From Chrysomallon squamiferum (taxonomy: Eukaryota > Animalia > Mollusca): a stretch of DNA of 64,000 bases. The notes beneath the pieces are model-generated. The model was given only the letters and a program-made list of their open reading frames with translations. It was not told where the DNA came from and did not search any database. The first letter of the stretch is position 1. The number at the start of each line of letters is the position of its first letter. A program made the position numbers and the translations under genes. Shown here piece after piece: positions 37,205-52,547 of the stretch. The stretch lies in assembly GCA_012295275.1 (NCBI GenBank), contig CM022670.1, positions 8,742,001-8,806,000 on the forward strand, written 5' to 3'.

Positions 37205-40200
37205 TTCTTGTTATTATTAGTATATTATTGTTACTGTTTTTTATTATTATTATTTTTGTGTTGTGTTGTTGTTGTTGTTATTATTATTGTTTTTATTATT
37301 ACTATTATTGTCACTGTGAAGGACAACCTAATGATGCACAGTCAGGTGAGGACTGTGGAGAAATGGTGTCAGTCTGGAACTTTGAGTGGAATGACAGAAA
37401 CTGCAATGATAAGAATGCTTGGATCTGCAAAAAATTAGGTAATAATATCATATGACATCATATCAGAACATGAGGTCTTTCTTTTTATTTGTTTCTTTGT
37501 GAAGGTTTTCTTTTTATTATAGGACACACACACACACACACACACACAAACATACACACACACACACACAGATATATACACAATGCACACATGTACATAC
37601 TACCACACTTATAAACATAAATGTAAACACACACACACACACACACACACATCTCCTGGCTGGCATTAATTGATAAGAGTATTCGTGAACCACGTGAAAC
37701 CATTTCAAAATCATCAATACACTAATATTAAAACATAATTAAACTTACATTTGTGCCATTTGTATGTAACATTTTATAGTGTTCTATCATATAACTGTGT
37801 TAAGAATTTGTTTTGTGTTCTGCAGCTTTACCACCAAGCACTGTTTCACCAGTTACCATGGCATCAACAGTTTCAACAGGTATAAAGTTCAGACACTTGT
37901 GACTGTTTTAATTGTCAATCATGTCCAATTTTTGTTAAGTTACAAGCTATCACAACAAAATAATCTGCCACTAAGTGTGCTTGTAGACTTGAAAAACAAA
38001 AACAAGTAAAAAGCCAACAGCAAACATCCATTATACTCTTAATATATGGCAAGTTTACAATAATAAACTCTGTGTTTTCATATCAGAAAAAATATCATCT
38101 TCAAGACATTCTCACAAATGTGTTATTTTACTGACAAACTTTTTCTTAGGAAAGACTGGCCACCAGTTTTTGAAAACACACAAATATATTGTGTTACAGG
38201 TATTTTTAGGCTACACTTTATTACTAATATTGCTGGATTATAGTTGTCCTTATTATTTCTATCTATTGCAGTATTGTATTTTATTTTTAATTTAAAATGT
38301 TTGTGTTTTTGGTTGTTGTTTTTTTAGACAGGTATAATTTTGAAATTGTGCTCAGTGAATTATTACATATGCTGTAATCAGTGAATTAATTAACAGGTCA
38401 CTGCAGAATGGAAGCTATGATATCAGGTGTGTACAGTTTACCTGACAAAGGTAATGCTCTGACCTCAAGTTCATACAGGGATAATTCTCACAAAGCTGTC
38501 AATTCCAGACTGTATGCAGGAAATACAGGTAATCCACTCACTGTTTCTGTCAAAGTAAATTTATTGTGAATGGTTGGATCCAGTTCTGTTTTTAAATTCA
38601 GCCCTGCCTTTCAAAAAATACATTTTGAATTTTTTTTTATATCCATAAAAGCATAATGTCAATCAATAATTGATGGTGTTTGTTTATTTAGGTTTCAGTT
38701 TTTACATATAACGAACATATTGTTTTCTTTTTAAATTTATTTCGATTTAATATACAATGAAAGTCATCCTTCTCTTTGAGAAACAGCAATTTTTAAATTT
38801 TTTTCTTAAATACTTTCAACAAAAATTATTTTATGGTTTATTCACATTGAATTAAAAAGCATTCATAAAGTGAAACAGCATATTTTCAACACTACTTTTG
38901 TAAACTGCAATCATTAACTGGGTGAAGTAGATTATTTATATTAGTACCTCGTTTTTGCAGGAGCATGGTCAGCTAAAAGCACAGCGGTAGGAAAAGAATG
39001 GATTGCTGCTACTTTCTACAACATCATCATCATCCACGGTGTCATTGTGGCAGGTCGTGCAGACACCTTTGAATGGGTGTCGGCTTTTAAACTGCAGTAT
39101 CAGTATGATTATTATTCCAGCTGGTACTGGTATGAAGATCCCCCTGGTACACCAAAGGTACTTTCTTTTATGTATGCAGGTATGTATGTATGTATGTGCA
39201 TTTTTGTATACAAGTACATGTCTGTGTCTGGTATCTGTGTCTAGGTATATGTATGAATGTGTACAAGTGTATGTGTATGTGTGAATGTGTACGAGTGTAT
39301 GTGTATGTGTGTTTATGTCTGGATTAGTGATGTGGATTTACTTGCTTGTATATCTGAGTTGCTTGGAATGTTACAATAGAATTGCTCAGTATTGCTCAGT
39401 TTATTTTTTCACATACTGTAGATTGTTAGTAAAACCTCAGGGTAAATTCCTAAATATCCATGTATGTATGTATATAAGCTAAGAGCACCTTGTCATTGCT
39501 TTACAAAAATACAGGTGTTCCAGGGAAATTCAGATGCAGAACACAGCACAACTGTCATGTTCAGTTTCCCAATTGAGGCAAAGACTTTACGACTTGTACC
39601 AACACAGTATCACACAGGTATTTCTCTCAGATGGGAAATTCTTGGCTGTGTTGAAGGTATGTAATAATCACAGAGGCTTGCTTCATCGCAGTACACTGTC
39701 CACAGATGACAATCATAAATACTGATAACTGTAAATAACAATTGGGATTTGTGAAGTTAAACAAGAAAGAAAAACAAATAAAAGTTTTTTTGTTGCTTTT
39801 TTTTTACTTTGAAATTCATAAATAAAATATGACATGGCTATTTCCTAACTAATTATTCATACATATAATGTAAACATTATTACTCCAGAGCATGAATGAT
39901 TTAAGTGCCAGATTTTCTGCTATATTCTGTATTAAGATATAATAATTATGGATATTTGCAGAGGATTGTATGGCAGAGTATGGTATCAGTGGTCCCCTAT
40001 TTGTTGACAAGACTGCCTTTCAAGCATCATCAACATTAGACACTCAGCACAGTGCTTCGTATGCCAGCCTCAACCCTTTAGCACCGACACTTAACCCTCA
40101 ACATCCCAGTACTGTGAATTTTACACTGTCCTGTTGGAAACCCAAACCAAGTGATTCAGTTCCATGGATTCAAGTGAATCTTGGTTCTGTGAAGGTTATC

Positions 40201-43200
40201 AGAGGCATAACAACCCGTGGTCAACCCGTTTGCCTCAGAATGGGTTTCAAAATTTAAACTCAGTTACAAAGTGGAAGATGGGTCAAATTCCTATACTTAC
40301 TATCAGGAGCCGTATGGAACAGTGAAGGTAAAGATTTTGTTTGGCAAATGTTAACAATATTTTTATTTGATTTAAAAGCTATTTTTAAGATTGCTTCTAT
40401 TGTACTTTATTTTGAAGAATAACATTTTTTTTTTAATATTATAGAAACTTTTGACAAAAAGACATATATGTGTTGTTTGTCAGAAGTCTGATTTTCTGTA
40501 ATGTATTATTCATAAATGAGATATTTAAAAAAAAACAAAAAAAACATCCATCCTGACATCCAATTATATAAACCCTTAAAAACAGTTTTATAAATGTACA
40601 TATCCATTAGTCCTTATATACAGACCTAAACACAGACAAATCCCAACATTCATACATAATTACATTACACATACACATACAAGCACACATGCATTTATAC
40701 AAACATATACATATACACAAATACATACAACTAAAACTATATCCACATTAAAAACAGACATATATATATATTCACAAACATACACACACATGTACACATG
40801 ATCACATAATCTTTCCTTTTTAATTAATATTTTTGTCTTCAAAGAAAATCTATATACACAGATACATACAACTACAAATATATACACATACAAACACACA
40901 TACATATTCACAAACAAACACATATGTGTACATACGATCACATAATCTTTCCGTTTTACTGATTATTTTTATCTTGTAAGAAAATCTCACCACTCTTTAA
41001 ACCAGATATTCAGTGGTAACAGTGACAGTAACACATCAGTGACATCATATCTGAAATCACACATCAAAGCACAGCTGGTCAGAGTAGTAGTAGTCTCATC
41101 ACCACAGACAGCTGCCTTGAGGTTTGATCTGCTTGTCTGTCCTATCAGTAAGTCAGTTACACTGTAACGAATTAATGTCCAAATAGCTCAGCAGTGTTTC
41201 ATTATTAATAGATAGATGATGTGATAGACTTTTTTTTAGGAATTGGTATAGTTCCTGAAGTAAATAACTGCAGTTATTTTGTTTAAGTTTCAGCACACCA
41301 GCATATTTGGATCTTGGGATCAAATTTATTTTCAGGCAATTTTGTGAAATGGCATTCTCCTCTGTGTTACCAACTGTTGAATTGTCTGTTATGTTTTTAC
41401 TTGTTAAACCTATTTATGTTTTCTAACTGTGGAAGATTTGATTTTGTAAACAAATTGGATGATATCTGGTCAATACTTCACTGATTATAAATCAAAATAT
41501 TAATTAAATTTATTTAACTAAAGATTAAAGTTCTCTAAAATTAAATGTTTGTCTATGATGCTCTGAGGTATTCTAAAGAAGATGTTTATTGCTCAGCATT
41601 TTAATTTATTTCAGTTATTGTAATTATCATTAAATTACCTTTACAATCCCCCATTCCAGGCAGTGCTTGTTTATCAAATGCTACATTTTGCAAAAATAAA
41701 CAATTACTACTAAAAAAAAACATTTCCATAATAGTAAAAATAATGAATATTCCAAATCATAAAACAGTATTTGAGAGGTGAGTTGTTCTTTTCTACACTG
41801 ACCTAAACAATAACTAGATATTTATTTCTTCTGCAGAATGTAGAAATATAGCACTCATAAATCTCCATTTTGATTTATTAATTAGTAACATATTAACAAA
41901 TGATTACTATCTTATATTGTAAAACAATTTTCTATTCTGTTTCTAACAATAACTATATATTTCTTTAGCAGAATGTAGAAAGATTTTATTCAGAACTCTC
42001 CATTTTGCTTTATTTGAATCATAATTATCAGTATATTAAAAAATAAATTTGATTCTACATAATAAAATAGTATTGTGGTCAACTTAATAATAAAATACAC
42101 TTTTCTTCTATGTACAGCATGTTGAGATACTCCACTCATACCTTTCCATTTTGCTTTATTTTAATCATCATATTTATAAATATTAATTTTTCTAGTAGTT
42201 TATAAAATAAACCAGTCTAAACAATAACTGGATATTCCCTTTCTTCTTCAGTATGTCAAGAAATTCTTTATTTAAATCATCATAATTATGAGCTTATTAT
42301 AAAACATGCTTAGATGTTCTATTTCTGATTCAGACAATAACTGTATGTAACAGATATTCCTTTCAATCTTTGCAGCATGTCGAGAGATTCCGCTCATCAG
42401 TGGACCTCACCCAATACCAGACACTCAGCTCAACGCTTCGTCCTACCTCAACAGTGAACACGGTGTTGCCAGATCCAGACTCAACCTGCCACCACATGGT
42501 GACTACGCTGGTGCCTGGGAAGCTGAGTACATGAAGTCACCTCAGTATATCCAGGTACTACAAGTCTTGTGTGTTAGAATACAAGCTGTGGCATAATGAC
42601 TTCTATTTCTCATTTCGTCCAGTTACTGATTCGTCCACAGTCTTGGTTTGTGTTCTGCTGTCTTTGGGGATGGTTTAGATAAAAGATCACCTGCTACATT
42701 GATTAATAGTGTATGATTGGAACAAAAGTTCACAGACTTATTTAAGTCAAACTGAAAGGCAGTATTTAGACAGTAGTACATAGATTTATTCATATTAGCC
42801 TTTTTGTTCACCTCAGAATATGTAAATATATCATATATTTCAGTTATGTGTGGAATGAAATTGTCAGCTCAAATGCTACATATTGAAAAAATGCTATAAA
42901 CTTTTGTTCCAGCACAATATATTATGAAGTAATGACAACAGACTTCCTGTCTCACTGTGTCATTTTACATAAACTGTATGTCTGACACCATTATAACTTT
43001 TATGAATAAAATATACTGAAGAATCAATAAACAGAAATATTTGTTTTGTTATTCTAATGGTTTGGTGTAAAAACAGTCACTGTTGTTTAATGCAGGCTGA
43101 TCTTGGAAGAGTGGTTCTGGTTACAGCTGTGTCCACCCAGGGCAGAGCAGACAGAGCACAGTGGGTGACGAGTTACAAGATCAGTTACTCTTCCGATTAT

Positions 43201-46200
43201 GTTAAGTGGTATCCATACTTTGAAGGAAGACGTGTTAAGGTAGGTGTGTAGCAAAAGGGTAATGATGAAAATAACAGTGGTGATAATAATGATGATGTTG
43301 ATGATGATGATGATAAAGGTGCTAATGACAGTGATAATAGTAATGATGACTGGTGTTAAAAAAGAGAAGAACAATAAAAAAATAAAATAAAATAAAATAA
43401 ATATATAAATAAACAATTTCTAGGCAATTGTACATGCTTCTCCATGGATCCCAACTGCTTGTCATACAGATCTGACTGAACAAGCAGATTTACACAGTAA
43501 AGACTTTCTCTTTTGTGATTAGCTCCTTATAATTATTAATCTGTTAAAATCATTATTGCTCGTAGTAAAAAGGAAATCCACTGTTTCTTGATATTTTAGA
43601 TTTTCAGTGGTAACTGGGACCAGAAGACTGTTAGAAAACATTATCTCGTGATCCCTATCAGTGCCCGGTATGTCCGACTGTGGGTTGTCAGCTGGCACGA
43701 CAGAATCTCTCTCAGGTGGGAACTGTATGGATGTCCAGGTAAATATGTGTCTGTCTATTTATTCATTTATTCTGAGGAATTATTACAGGTGTCCATGTAT
43801 TTCAATTTCTTTCTTATATATCTCATTTTCTTTTCTTTCTTTCTTTCTTTATAATGTTTGTTTGTTTTGTTTTTTTGTTTTTTTATAAATTAAAAATATT
43901 AAAAAATTACAATTATAAATATGCTTATATTGATTTTGAACAATAATTATTAATGTGACTGTTGTTCTGGAAGGACCAATGTCTGGTGTAAAGATGCCTG
44001 GTTGCTATGCTGATTTGACAACATCCAGAGATCTTCCGTACGAGCCTCTGATGAACCCAACAGCTGGTATGTGGCCTCCTGCATGTATCCACCACTGCTA
44101 TTTAAAGGTAATCAGTATTTTCTTTTAATATCTTTTTATTTAATTTTTTTTTTTTTTTTTATTAGTTAATATTTAGTTTCAGGATCTGATTCAATGATCC
44201 AGTGAGGAGTAATGATCTTGCATTTAGCAGGAAACCATATATCATTGTCTTTTATATATGGAGCACTGGGTGGAATAGGAAATTTTAAGTGAGGTCACCA
44301 AGAAATATTGACTATGCTGCACCCTGCTATTTCATGAATGAATGAATGTTTAGAATAGGAAAAATTACTGGATGCTCCAGATGCATGACGCCAAGAAACC
44401 ATATATCATGGTATTTCATATATGGAGCACTGGTTGGAATAGAAAAAGAGAAGTAGGTGCAATCAACTAGTGAATGATATAATACTAACAAAACATTTTT
44501 GATTTTTTTGAAAAGTATTTTATTAATTATTTTATTCCTTCTCCTTTCAGGGATATTTCTACGCTGGGTTGCAAGCAGGTTATAAATGTTTTTGTGGAAA
44601 CTCCTATGGAAAGTATGGGATTTCTGCTGAAAACTGCTCCATGCCCTGCTTTCCACATCCCAGGTTCAAGTGTGGTGGAGAAACATCGAATATTATCTAC
44701 AGTACTGGACTTTGTAAGTACAGGATTAGCCAAATCAAGTAACACAGATTATAGAGATTAAAAAAAATATATATATTAATGTAAGAGTTTATTAGACAAT
44801 CCACATCACCTCTCACAAAAAACTTTAAAAAAAAACTACATAAGATATTACTGTTTATGGTTACAGCAAGATAAAATTTTAAAATAAAAGTAATTATCTT
44901 GGTGCTAAAAATAAATAATTATTTAATAACACTGACAGACTGACAAAAGTTAACATAATATCAAAAATCAAGTACTGTTTGAAATTTCACTTAAAAATTG
45001 ATGTAATAAAATTTTTAATTTCAATGCATTCTAATAAGTCTGTTACATCTAATTTTATTGTTAGCAAAAACTGGTCAAAGAAAAAAAATAAAAATAAATA
45101 TGTTTCTCAAAAGTATTGGTCAAAGAAGAAATGATATGGTTTCTCAAACATTTTGGACAGAGGAAAGAAAATACAGTTTCTCAAAAGTTTATAAAACGTG
45201 TTCAGATGTTTTATTCATAGGAAAAGTTGTAGAATTTGTTGTGTGTAAATGGATTAAAGTTGTTTTGTGTTGGTGCAGCCACAGAACGAATCTGTCAACA
45301 AGGATGGCTGTCATTTGGTGATAACTGTTACTTTCTGTTCAATGACAAGAGAACATGGACAGACGCTCGAGCAAACTGTCAGCTGGAGGCTGCAGATTTA
45401 GTCTCAGTGAACAATCAACACGAGCAGGACTTTGTTGTGTCTCTCATGGCTAAAGGTTGGTGTGGTCTTAATTTCTGTCATTATTTTATTTGTTGTTAAT
45501 TTATGTTTTTTTTTTTTTTGTTAATTTTATTTACTCACTTATCTTAAATTAAGTAGATTACAAAAGATGATGTTCATCCATTACTTTAAAAAAAAGTTCA
45601 TATTGTAATGCATAAATATTATAAATAAAATGTCTTTGTGTTAAAAAGGAAAAAATTAATTCATTAACGGTTTAAATTGTTTTATTTATTTATGTCTTTG
45701 TCTCTCATTCATCCTTCCATAACTTTCTGTTTCTCTCATTTTTGTCAAATGCTATAAATCAGTTTGTTATCATTTTTCAGTTTATATTTCAACATTAGTA
45801 TGGTGTTTGGAATTATATTTAATTTATTCTAGGGCTGGATGATGTATGGATTGGGTTTAATGACCTCCAGTATGAAATGTTGTTTGAATGGACCAATGAG
45901 AAAGAAGTAAAGTTTACTAACTGGGATGTCAACCAACCAGACACCAGACAGGGCACTTATCAAGATTGTGTGTTCATGTCATATAAGGTATTCTGTGGTA
46001 TTGTATTCTGTTACTGCTTCATGTTTCTATAATGACATTATTAAATTTAAATTTAATGATTAATTGACTTTCTTACTTATAATGATTCTTTACTTTCTTT
46101 ATTTTTCTTTTTCTTTTGCATTTTTTTGTGTGTTTTTTTGATGAAGAAAAATATCCTTTTATGATTATTTCTATATTTTTTGTTATTTTTTTATGTAAAA

Positions 46201-48451
46201 ACAAAAACCATTAACAAGTTATTTAATAATATATATGAATATTATATTATATATATTTTATCATTTTTATTATTTGTTTATTAATAATTAAATAAATGAA
46301 TAAATACATAAATAATTTATATGCTTACTTTATAATAAAGCAAAGTTAATCAGTAAGAATTTATTTATTTATTTCATTTTTTTTTTTTTTTTTTTTTTTT
46401 TTCTCAGACAAATGGCTGGCAAACCAGTGTATGCACAGATCCTAAAAAATACATCTGCATGTCACCCAAAAGACCCGCAGTAGATATTCCAACACAGCCT
46501 CCAAATGTGGATGGGTGTGAGTTTGTAAGTTATCTCCCTTTTAATGGAACTCTTCATTTTGTAGATTTTTAACTTAAACTTTTGAGTATTTCTATAGAAA
46601 GATTTTCAAAGAGAATCAAAGTGATAATTATTCACTGAAACCTAAGTCTGTAGAAAATTAATTTTTAAACTTTTTAAAATGGAGTAAAATTGAGATATTT
46701 GTAATTAAAGGAATTTGTTTAATAATGTTTAAAAATGGTGATCTCATCTTTTGGTATGCTATATTTTTAGGGATGGTTCTTTCCTCTCATAAAAACTAAA
46801 GTCTTTTTCATTTATTTTAAACTTGTCTGTAATTAATAAGCATTTTTTTTAAAATTGTTTTTTATATTAATCTGTCTGTCTTTCTATCTGTTTATCTCTC
46901 AGTCTGTCTGTCTGTCTATATACTGTTAATCTGTTTATTTATTTACTGTTTTTTTCAGGGCTGGGATGGTTATCGTTGGTCGTGTTATCTCTTTGTTACT
47001 CAAACAAGGTCATGGTTTGATGCTACAGCAGCTTGTAAATCTTTTGGTGCTACCCTTGTACGCATTGATGACAGGTCTAGAGTTTGAAACTTATATCTGT
47101 GTTACTTATTTTTTGAGAAAAAAAATCCCAAACCCCAAAGCCCACACACAAAAAAAACTCAATCAAAAACAGCATAAAATAAACTCCAAAGTAGCAATAA
47201 GTTCACATAAAAATCATTTTTTTCATCATGTATCTGTCATAAAATCTCTATTCCAAGTGGACTGCATTTCCCATTCCAACCAAGTCTCAATAACTTATTT
47301 ATAATATTAAACTGAATAATCATTACTAATATACCTAAAATTTAAATTGTTTTCCAATTAATTAACTTTATGAAATTTATTTATCCATTAAATAATCTTG
47401 AATGTTCTTTTCTGACTATTTGTCCAAAAATATTTTTCTTTATTATTATTTTCTCTGTTTTTTTTCCCCACCTCTATGGCAGATATGAACAAGCTTACTT
47501 GGCAAGTGCTCTGGCATCCAAGAAAGGATTTTACTGGTCTGATATCACAGACAAACATCACCCTGGTTTGTTCACAATAGCAGACGGAAATATCAGATTA
47601 AAAGACACTAACTGGGCAAAGGATCGACCAGGTGTCTTACAGACAATGTGTTTCTTTGTTTTGTTCATTACTTCTTCCTTGAGCACTCATGCATCCACAC
47701 TGAACATGTGTTTTTATGTTTGAGTATCTGTGTGTATGTGTATTTCTGTGTGTGTGTATGTGTGTGTGTGTGTATGACTTTATATATCAATGTATGTGGA
47801 TAGATAGACATATATATATATATGTGTAGTATATATATGTATGTATGTAAAATTGTTTTATATCTGTGAGATATATATTCAGTATTGTTTGAAATGTTAT
47901 GTTATTACTGTAACCTAATAACAGTTTACATATTGATGATGTGAGAGAAAAAAACACAATGCCATAACAAAATGATTCTGATAGTGTTGGAAGATATTTT
48001 ACATTAAATCTGTTACTAGCATTATTTACACAAACAAACATGCACAAACAATTAGACATACACATGCTGACATGCATACACACATAAATAAATATTATAT
48101 ATAAGCATTTGAATGTACACAAAAACAAACTAGCATGATTATTTCATATAATCAGATAGTTGATTGAAACCTATTTAGTGTGTAATTACTGACATTCAGC
48201 TTTCTCTGAAACTAACCTTATATATATAAGTCTTGTTCTGTAAAGATGGAAATAATGAAGCTGTCTCAAAGATGGCAAAAGGTAAAGGAACAAAAATGGC
48301 ACTTATGTGTTGAACAAAGCTATGTACAAATATGTAGTAGATATGATTGTATGTGTTTGTAAGTATATGTGTGTCTATATCTGCATCTATATCTATATCT
48401 AAATCTATATGTATCTGTTTATCTCTTTATTTATCTATCTATCTATCTATC

Positions 48452-48487
<36 letters not shown>

Positions 48488-49838
48488 CTGAATAAACAAA
48501 ATTGTTGTTACACACACAGATCAAAATGGACACTGTGTTGCTATGGGGACAGGTAGACAAGCAGGTTTGTGGTACAACAGTTTTTGTAACACGTTGTACT
48601 CTGCTGTGTGTGAACGTCCACGGGTTGGTCCCCAGTACACACCACCCACCACAGCGAAAGCAACAACTACAACAATCCCATGTGCACCAAACTGGGTAGA
48701 TTTGTCAGGATACTGTTATCAGGTGAGACAAATTAAAAATTAATTCTATGTAATTCATTGTTCAGGTATAATGAGTGTGAAAATTAATATATAAAATGTG
48801 TAATTATAGTAATTCTTTCAATAATTTTATTTAGCAAAAATATTTATATCAGATTAATTTGGTTTATGATCTTTTTAAAATTTTAATAAATCTATGAGTT
48901 TTTGTTATAAATAAATTTTGACTGTTAGTAATAAACCTACTAATTTAAATCACACTATTTTTGATGAACTACATTAATAATTTTGATGATATTATTGATG
49001 AACTATATTAATAGTTTTTAATGAGCTGAATTAATTTCAGTAGTAACATACTGGTAGGTAGAAATTTCTGAAAGATTTAAATAAAAATGTATTACATGAC
49101 TATTTTCAGGTAAACTCTGTTAAATTCAATCTTGCTGTCCAGTGGTCAGATGCTCAAGCTGACTGCTTGGCTCAGGGTTCAAATCTTGCCAGCTTCCACA
49201 ATGCATCAGCACTTGACTATCTGTGGAGAAATTACCTGATGTATGTACACGAAGATAAAAAATTTTATCAGTAAAACTGCCATTTGTAAATTTAAAAAAA
49301 TAAATAAAAATTAGATTATTTTATTTATTTATTTATTTATATATATTTACATGTTTATTTATTTGTTTATTTATTTATTTATTTTATTTTTTTTATTTAA
49401 TCATTTATTTGTATATATTTCATCATTCAAATATTCACTAATTTATTAAATATTTATTTACTTACTTGTTTATTTATTTTCCTATTTATTTTTTTTTTTC
49501 TTCTTTTTTTCTGTTTTGTTATTATGTTTTAATTTAATTATTAATGTCTTTCTTTATTCATTTACCCATTTACCCATTTAGTTTATTTTATTTTATTATA
49601 TTTTAGTGTGTAAACCATTAATCTTCATATTTGTTGCACTTAATTTATATTTTTCAGAGGAGCTAATAATAATTTTTGGATTGGACTGAATCTTCTAAGA
49701 ACAGGGTCAGGCAGTGGACAGGCAGGTTGGTATATTGATAAAAATTCACAATCAATTATTAGTTGTTATATTACTTTGGTGATATGTATAAATGACCTAA
49801 ATACATTTTGTGTAATTCCAAGTTAATACTGTTATTAC

Positions 49839-49898
<60 letters not shown>

Positions 49899-50880
49899 CA
49901 TTGTTGTTGTTGTTATTAATTTTTTTATTGTCATTATCATTGTCATTATTATTATAATTATTATTTTTGCTGTTGTTGTAACATCTGACCAATCTTTTCT
50001 AATAATAAAGTATGACACTTTTATTTTTCATTTTTCCCCTCCTCTTTTTTTTTTTTATTTTATTTTTTGTTTTGTTTAATAAAGTCCTGATAGACTGAGT
50101 ATATCAGTTTGAAATGTGCCAATTCCTCAATCTGTCAGGGCTTTCTTTTGTTTTGTTGTTTTTAACATTTATATATTTTGGGGGACCCCATTGCACACAT
50201 TAAGATTTGAATCTTTATTTTTGCTGTTTAATTAATTGAATCTTTTTTTCACACACACACACATATGTAGGTATGTATGTATTTTAACGCTGTGTGTTGT
50301 ACAGGTTACTCGTGGAGTGATGGTTCCTCTGTTGACTTTCTCAACTGGAACGATGGTGAACCAAGCAGTCTCAATGGCGAGGACCAGTGTGTTGAGGTCC
50401 TCGCTAGTAAAGGAAAATACAATGATCAAGACTGTCACAGAAAAAGAAACTGGATTTGTGCTGTTAAAAAAGGTTGATAGGTTTTCATGTTAAATTGGTT
50501 TGGAAATATTTGCTTTCAATTTAAATTGTGGATAATTTAGACATTTTTGTTTTTTAACATAAATTGTGGATAATAAAGAAATATTTGTTATTTAATTTAA
50601 ATTGGCAATGATTTTTTGCTTTTAATTTAAACTGAATTATATATATATTAATTTAAATTGTGAATGGTTTAGAAAGATGATTATATACATTTTAGAATTT
50701 AAAATTTAATAACAAAAAGATAATATTCATCAGTTGAAACATTTATTTGAATTTTAATAACATACTAATATATTGAAAAAAAAAAGTAAGTTTTTAAAAA
50801 AATAAAATAATTTTGTTACAGTTCATTATTGTCAAATAATACAACAACCATCCAATTATCACACTTAAATCATTTTAACA

Positions 50881-50937
<57 letters not shown>

Positions 50938-52488
50938 CCACTCACATACACACACACACACACACAGACACACACAACACACACACATATACACACAGAC
51001 ACACATACACAGAAACATGTTTTAATGATTATCATAAAAAGTTTCAAAATTTAAAAACAAATTTTTATGATGTACATTTTGATTCTTTCAGGACATCCAG
51101 TGATTCCAAGAACAACAATATTTCTGCCAACAGCAGGGCCTCGTGAGTGTTAAGTCTGGAATAATAATTAACAAAATAAAGTAAAAAATTCACTGTGTAA
51201 TGTAATCAGTTACAGAAGCATATAACAAAATTCAGACTCCTTGTCTATACGTACCTCTTGTAAGCTAGTTACAATACTTCAGCTATGAAATATCATGTGA
51301 TATCTTGTTTTTTAGACCTGTCCAGTAACATGTTAGTATCTTAGTGTAAATAGCAGTATATTTGTCACTGCACTATAGATGGTCCTTTGTTTGAAAATGC
51401 TTTTCTCCAGAGATTGTGGTCTGATGCACTAATATTGCATGTTAAAAGATGAATCCTTTGAAACAATATCATCAGACAGACCCAACTGGTATATTAGAAC
51501 AAAAAAACAAAAACAATAATAAATTAAAATAAATAAGTAAATAAATAAATAAAACTGTAGTTTTCATTTTGTGAAAAGTCTTTGGTATTCATTGTTTAAA
51601 AGATAGGAATATTTTTGTTTTGTTTTGTTTCATTTTTAATTATTAGGTTTTTGGGAGTTTTTTCCCCATTAATTTCTTTTTTTCTTGTTTTCTTGTTTTC
51701 TTTTTTCTGTCATTCATTAATTTTTCACTCAATCAGTTTGTTATTTGTTTATTCACCCATTCATTCATTCATTCTTTCTTTCCTTTTTAATTATTTTTTT
51801 AATTTTTCACCAGCCATATAACTTTTTACTCATTACATTAATTGGACATTTCAGAACGTTTTTTTTTTTTTTTTCATTTTATGTTTAAAGCTGGCAGCTG
51901 TGGAACTGGCTGGGACAAGTGGATGTCATACAAAAACTTCTGTTACTTTGTGGGTGATGGTGCTGGAGATGGGGCATTGACATGGCGACAAGCTCGACAC
52001 TGGTGTCAGGAGTACGAAGGAGAGCTGGTGTCCATCACCAACATGGGCGAGGAATATTTTGTCTGGAATCTGGTTAGGAACATGTTACAATCATTGATTT
52101 ATTTATCTTGTAGAGTGGACCTGGCATGGACATTCTAATACAAATCACCTACGACTGGAATGATATTATTGTTATATGATGTTTCGTGTTTTTATTGTTA
52201 CTGTTGATGATATTGATGCTTCGTCATTTCATTAGTATTATTACCAATTTTGTTTTTTGTTACTCTTGTGGTTATTGTTGTTAATGATATTGCAGATTAG
52301 AAGTATAAATTAATTTAGATTTATTAAATTAAAAAAAAAAGAACATTTCTAGAAGAGTTTTATTTTTTATTTTTTGACTACATTAATAATACATATTTAA
52401 TTAATTTTAATGTTTTACAGATAAAAAATGTCAGTCAAATAAGTTTATGGATTGGACTCTCTGAAGTTGACTATGACTATGGATACAG

Positions 52489-52547
<59 letters not shown>

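Larger units (their letters stand above)
27695..37438 (+). other. N-terminal block of five C-type lectin-like domains (CTLD1-5)
   Basis: Domain starts CPAGW, CNGDDGW, CPSGW, CNPGW, CGPDW. CTLD4 has EPR/WND and CTLD5 has QPN/WND; CTLD1-3 lack canonical Ca-site motifs. Confidence 0.85.

Noticed and set aside
41800-42400. Regularly spaced repeats superficially like a CRISPR array (also 35970-36128)
   Set aside because: Eukaryotic intron context, whole units including the 'spacers' are homologous and degenerate, and there are no cas genes.
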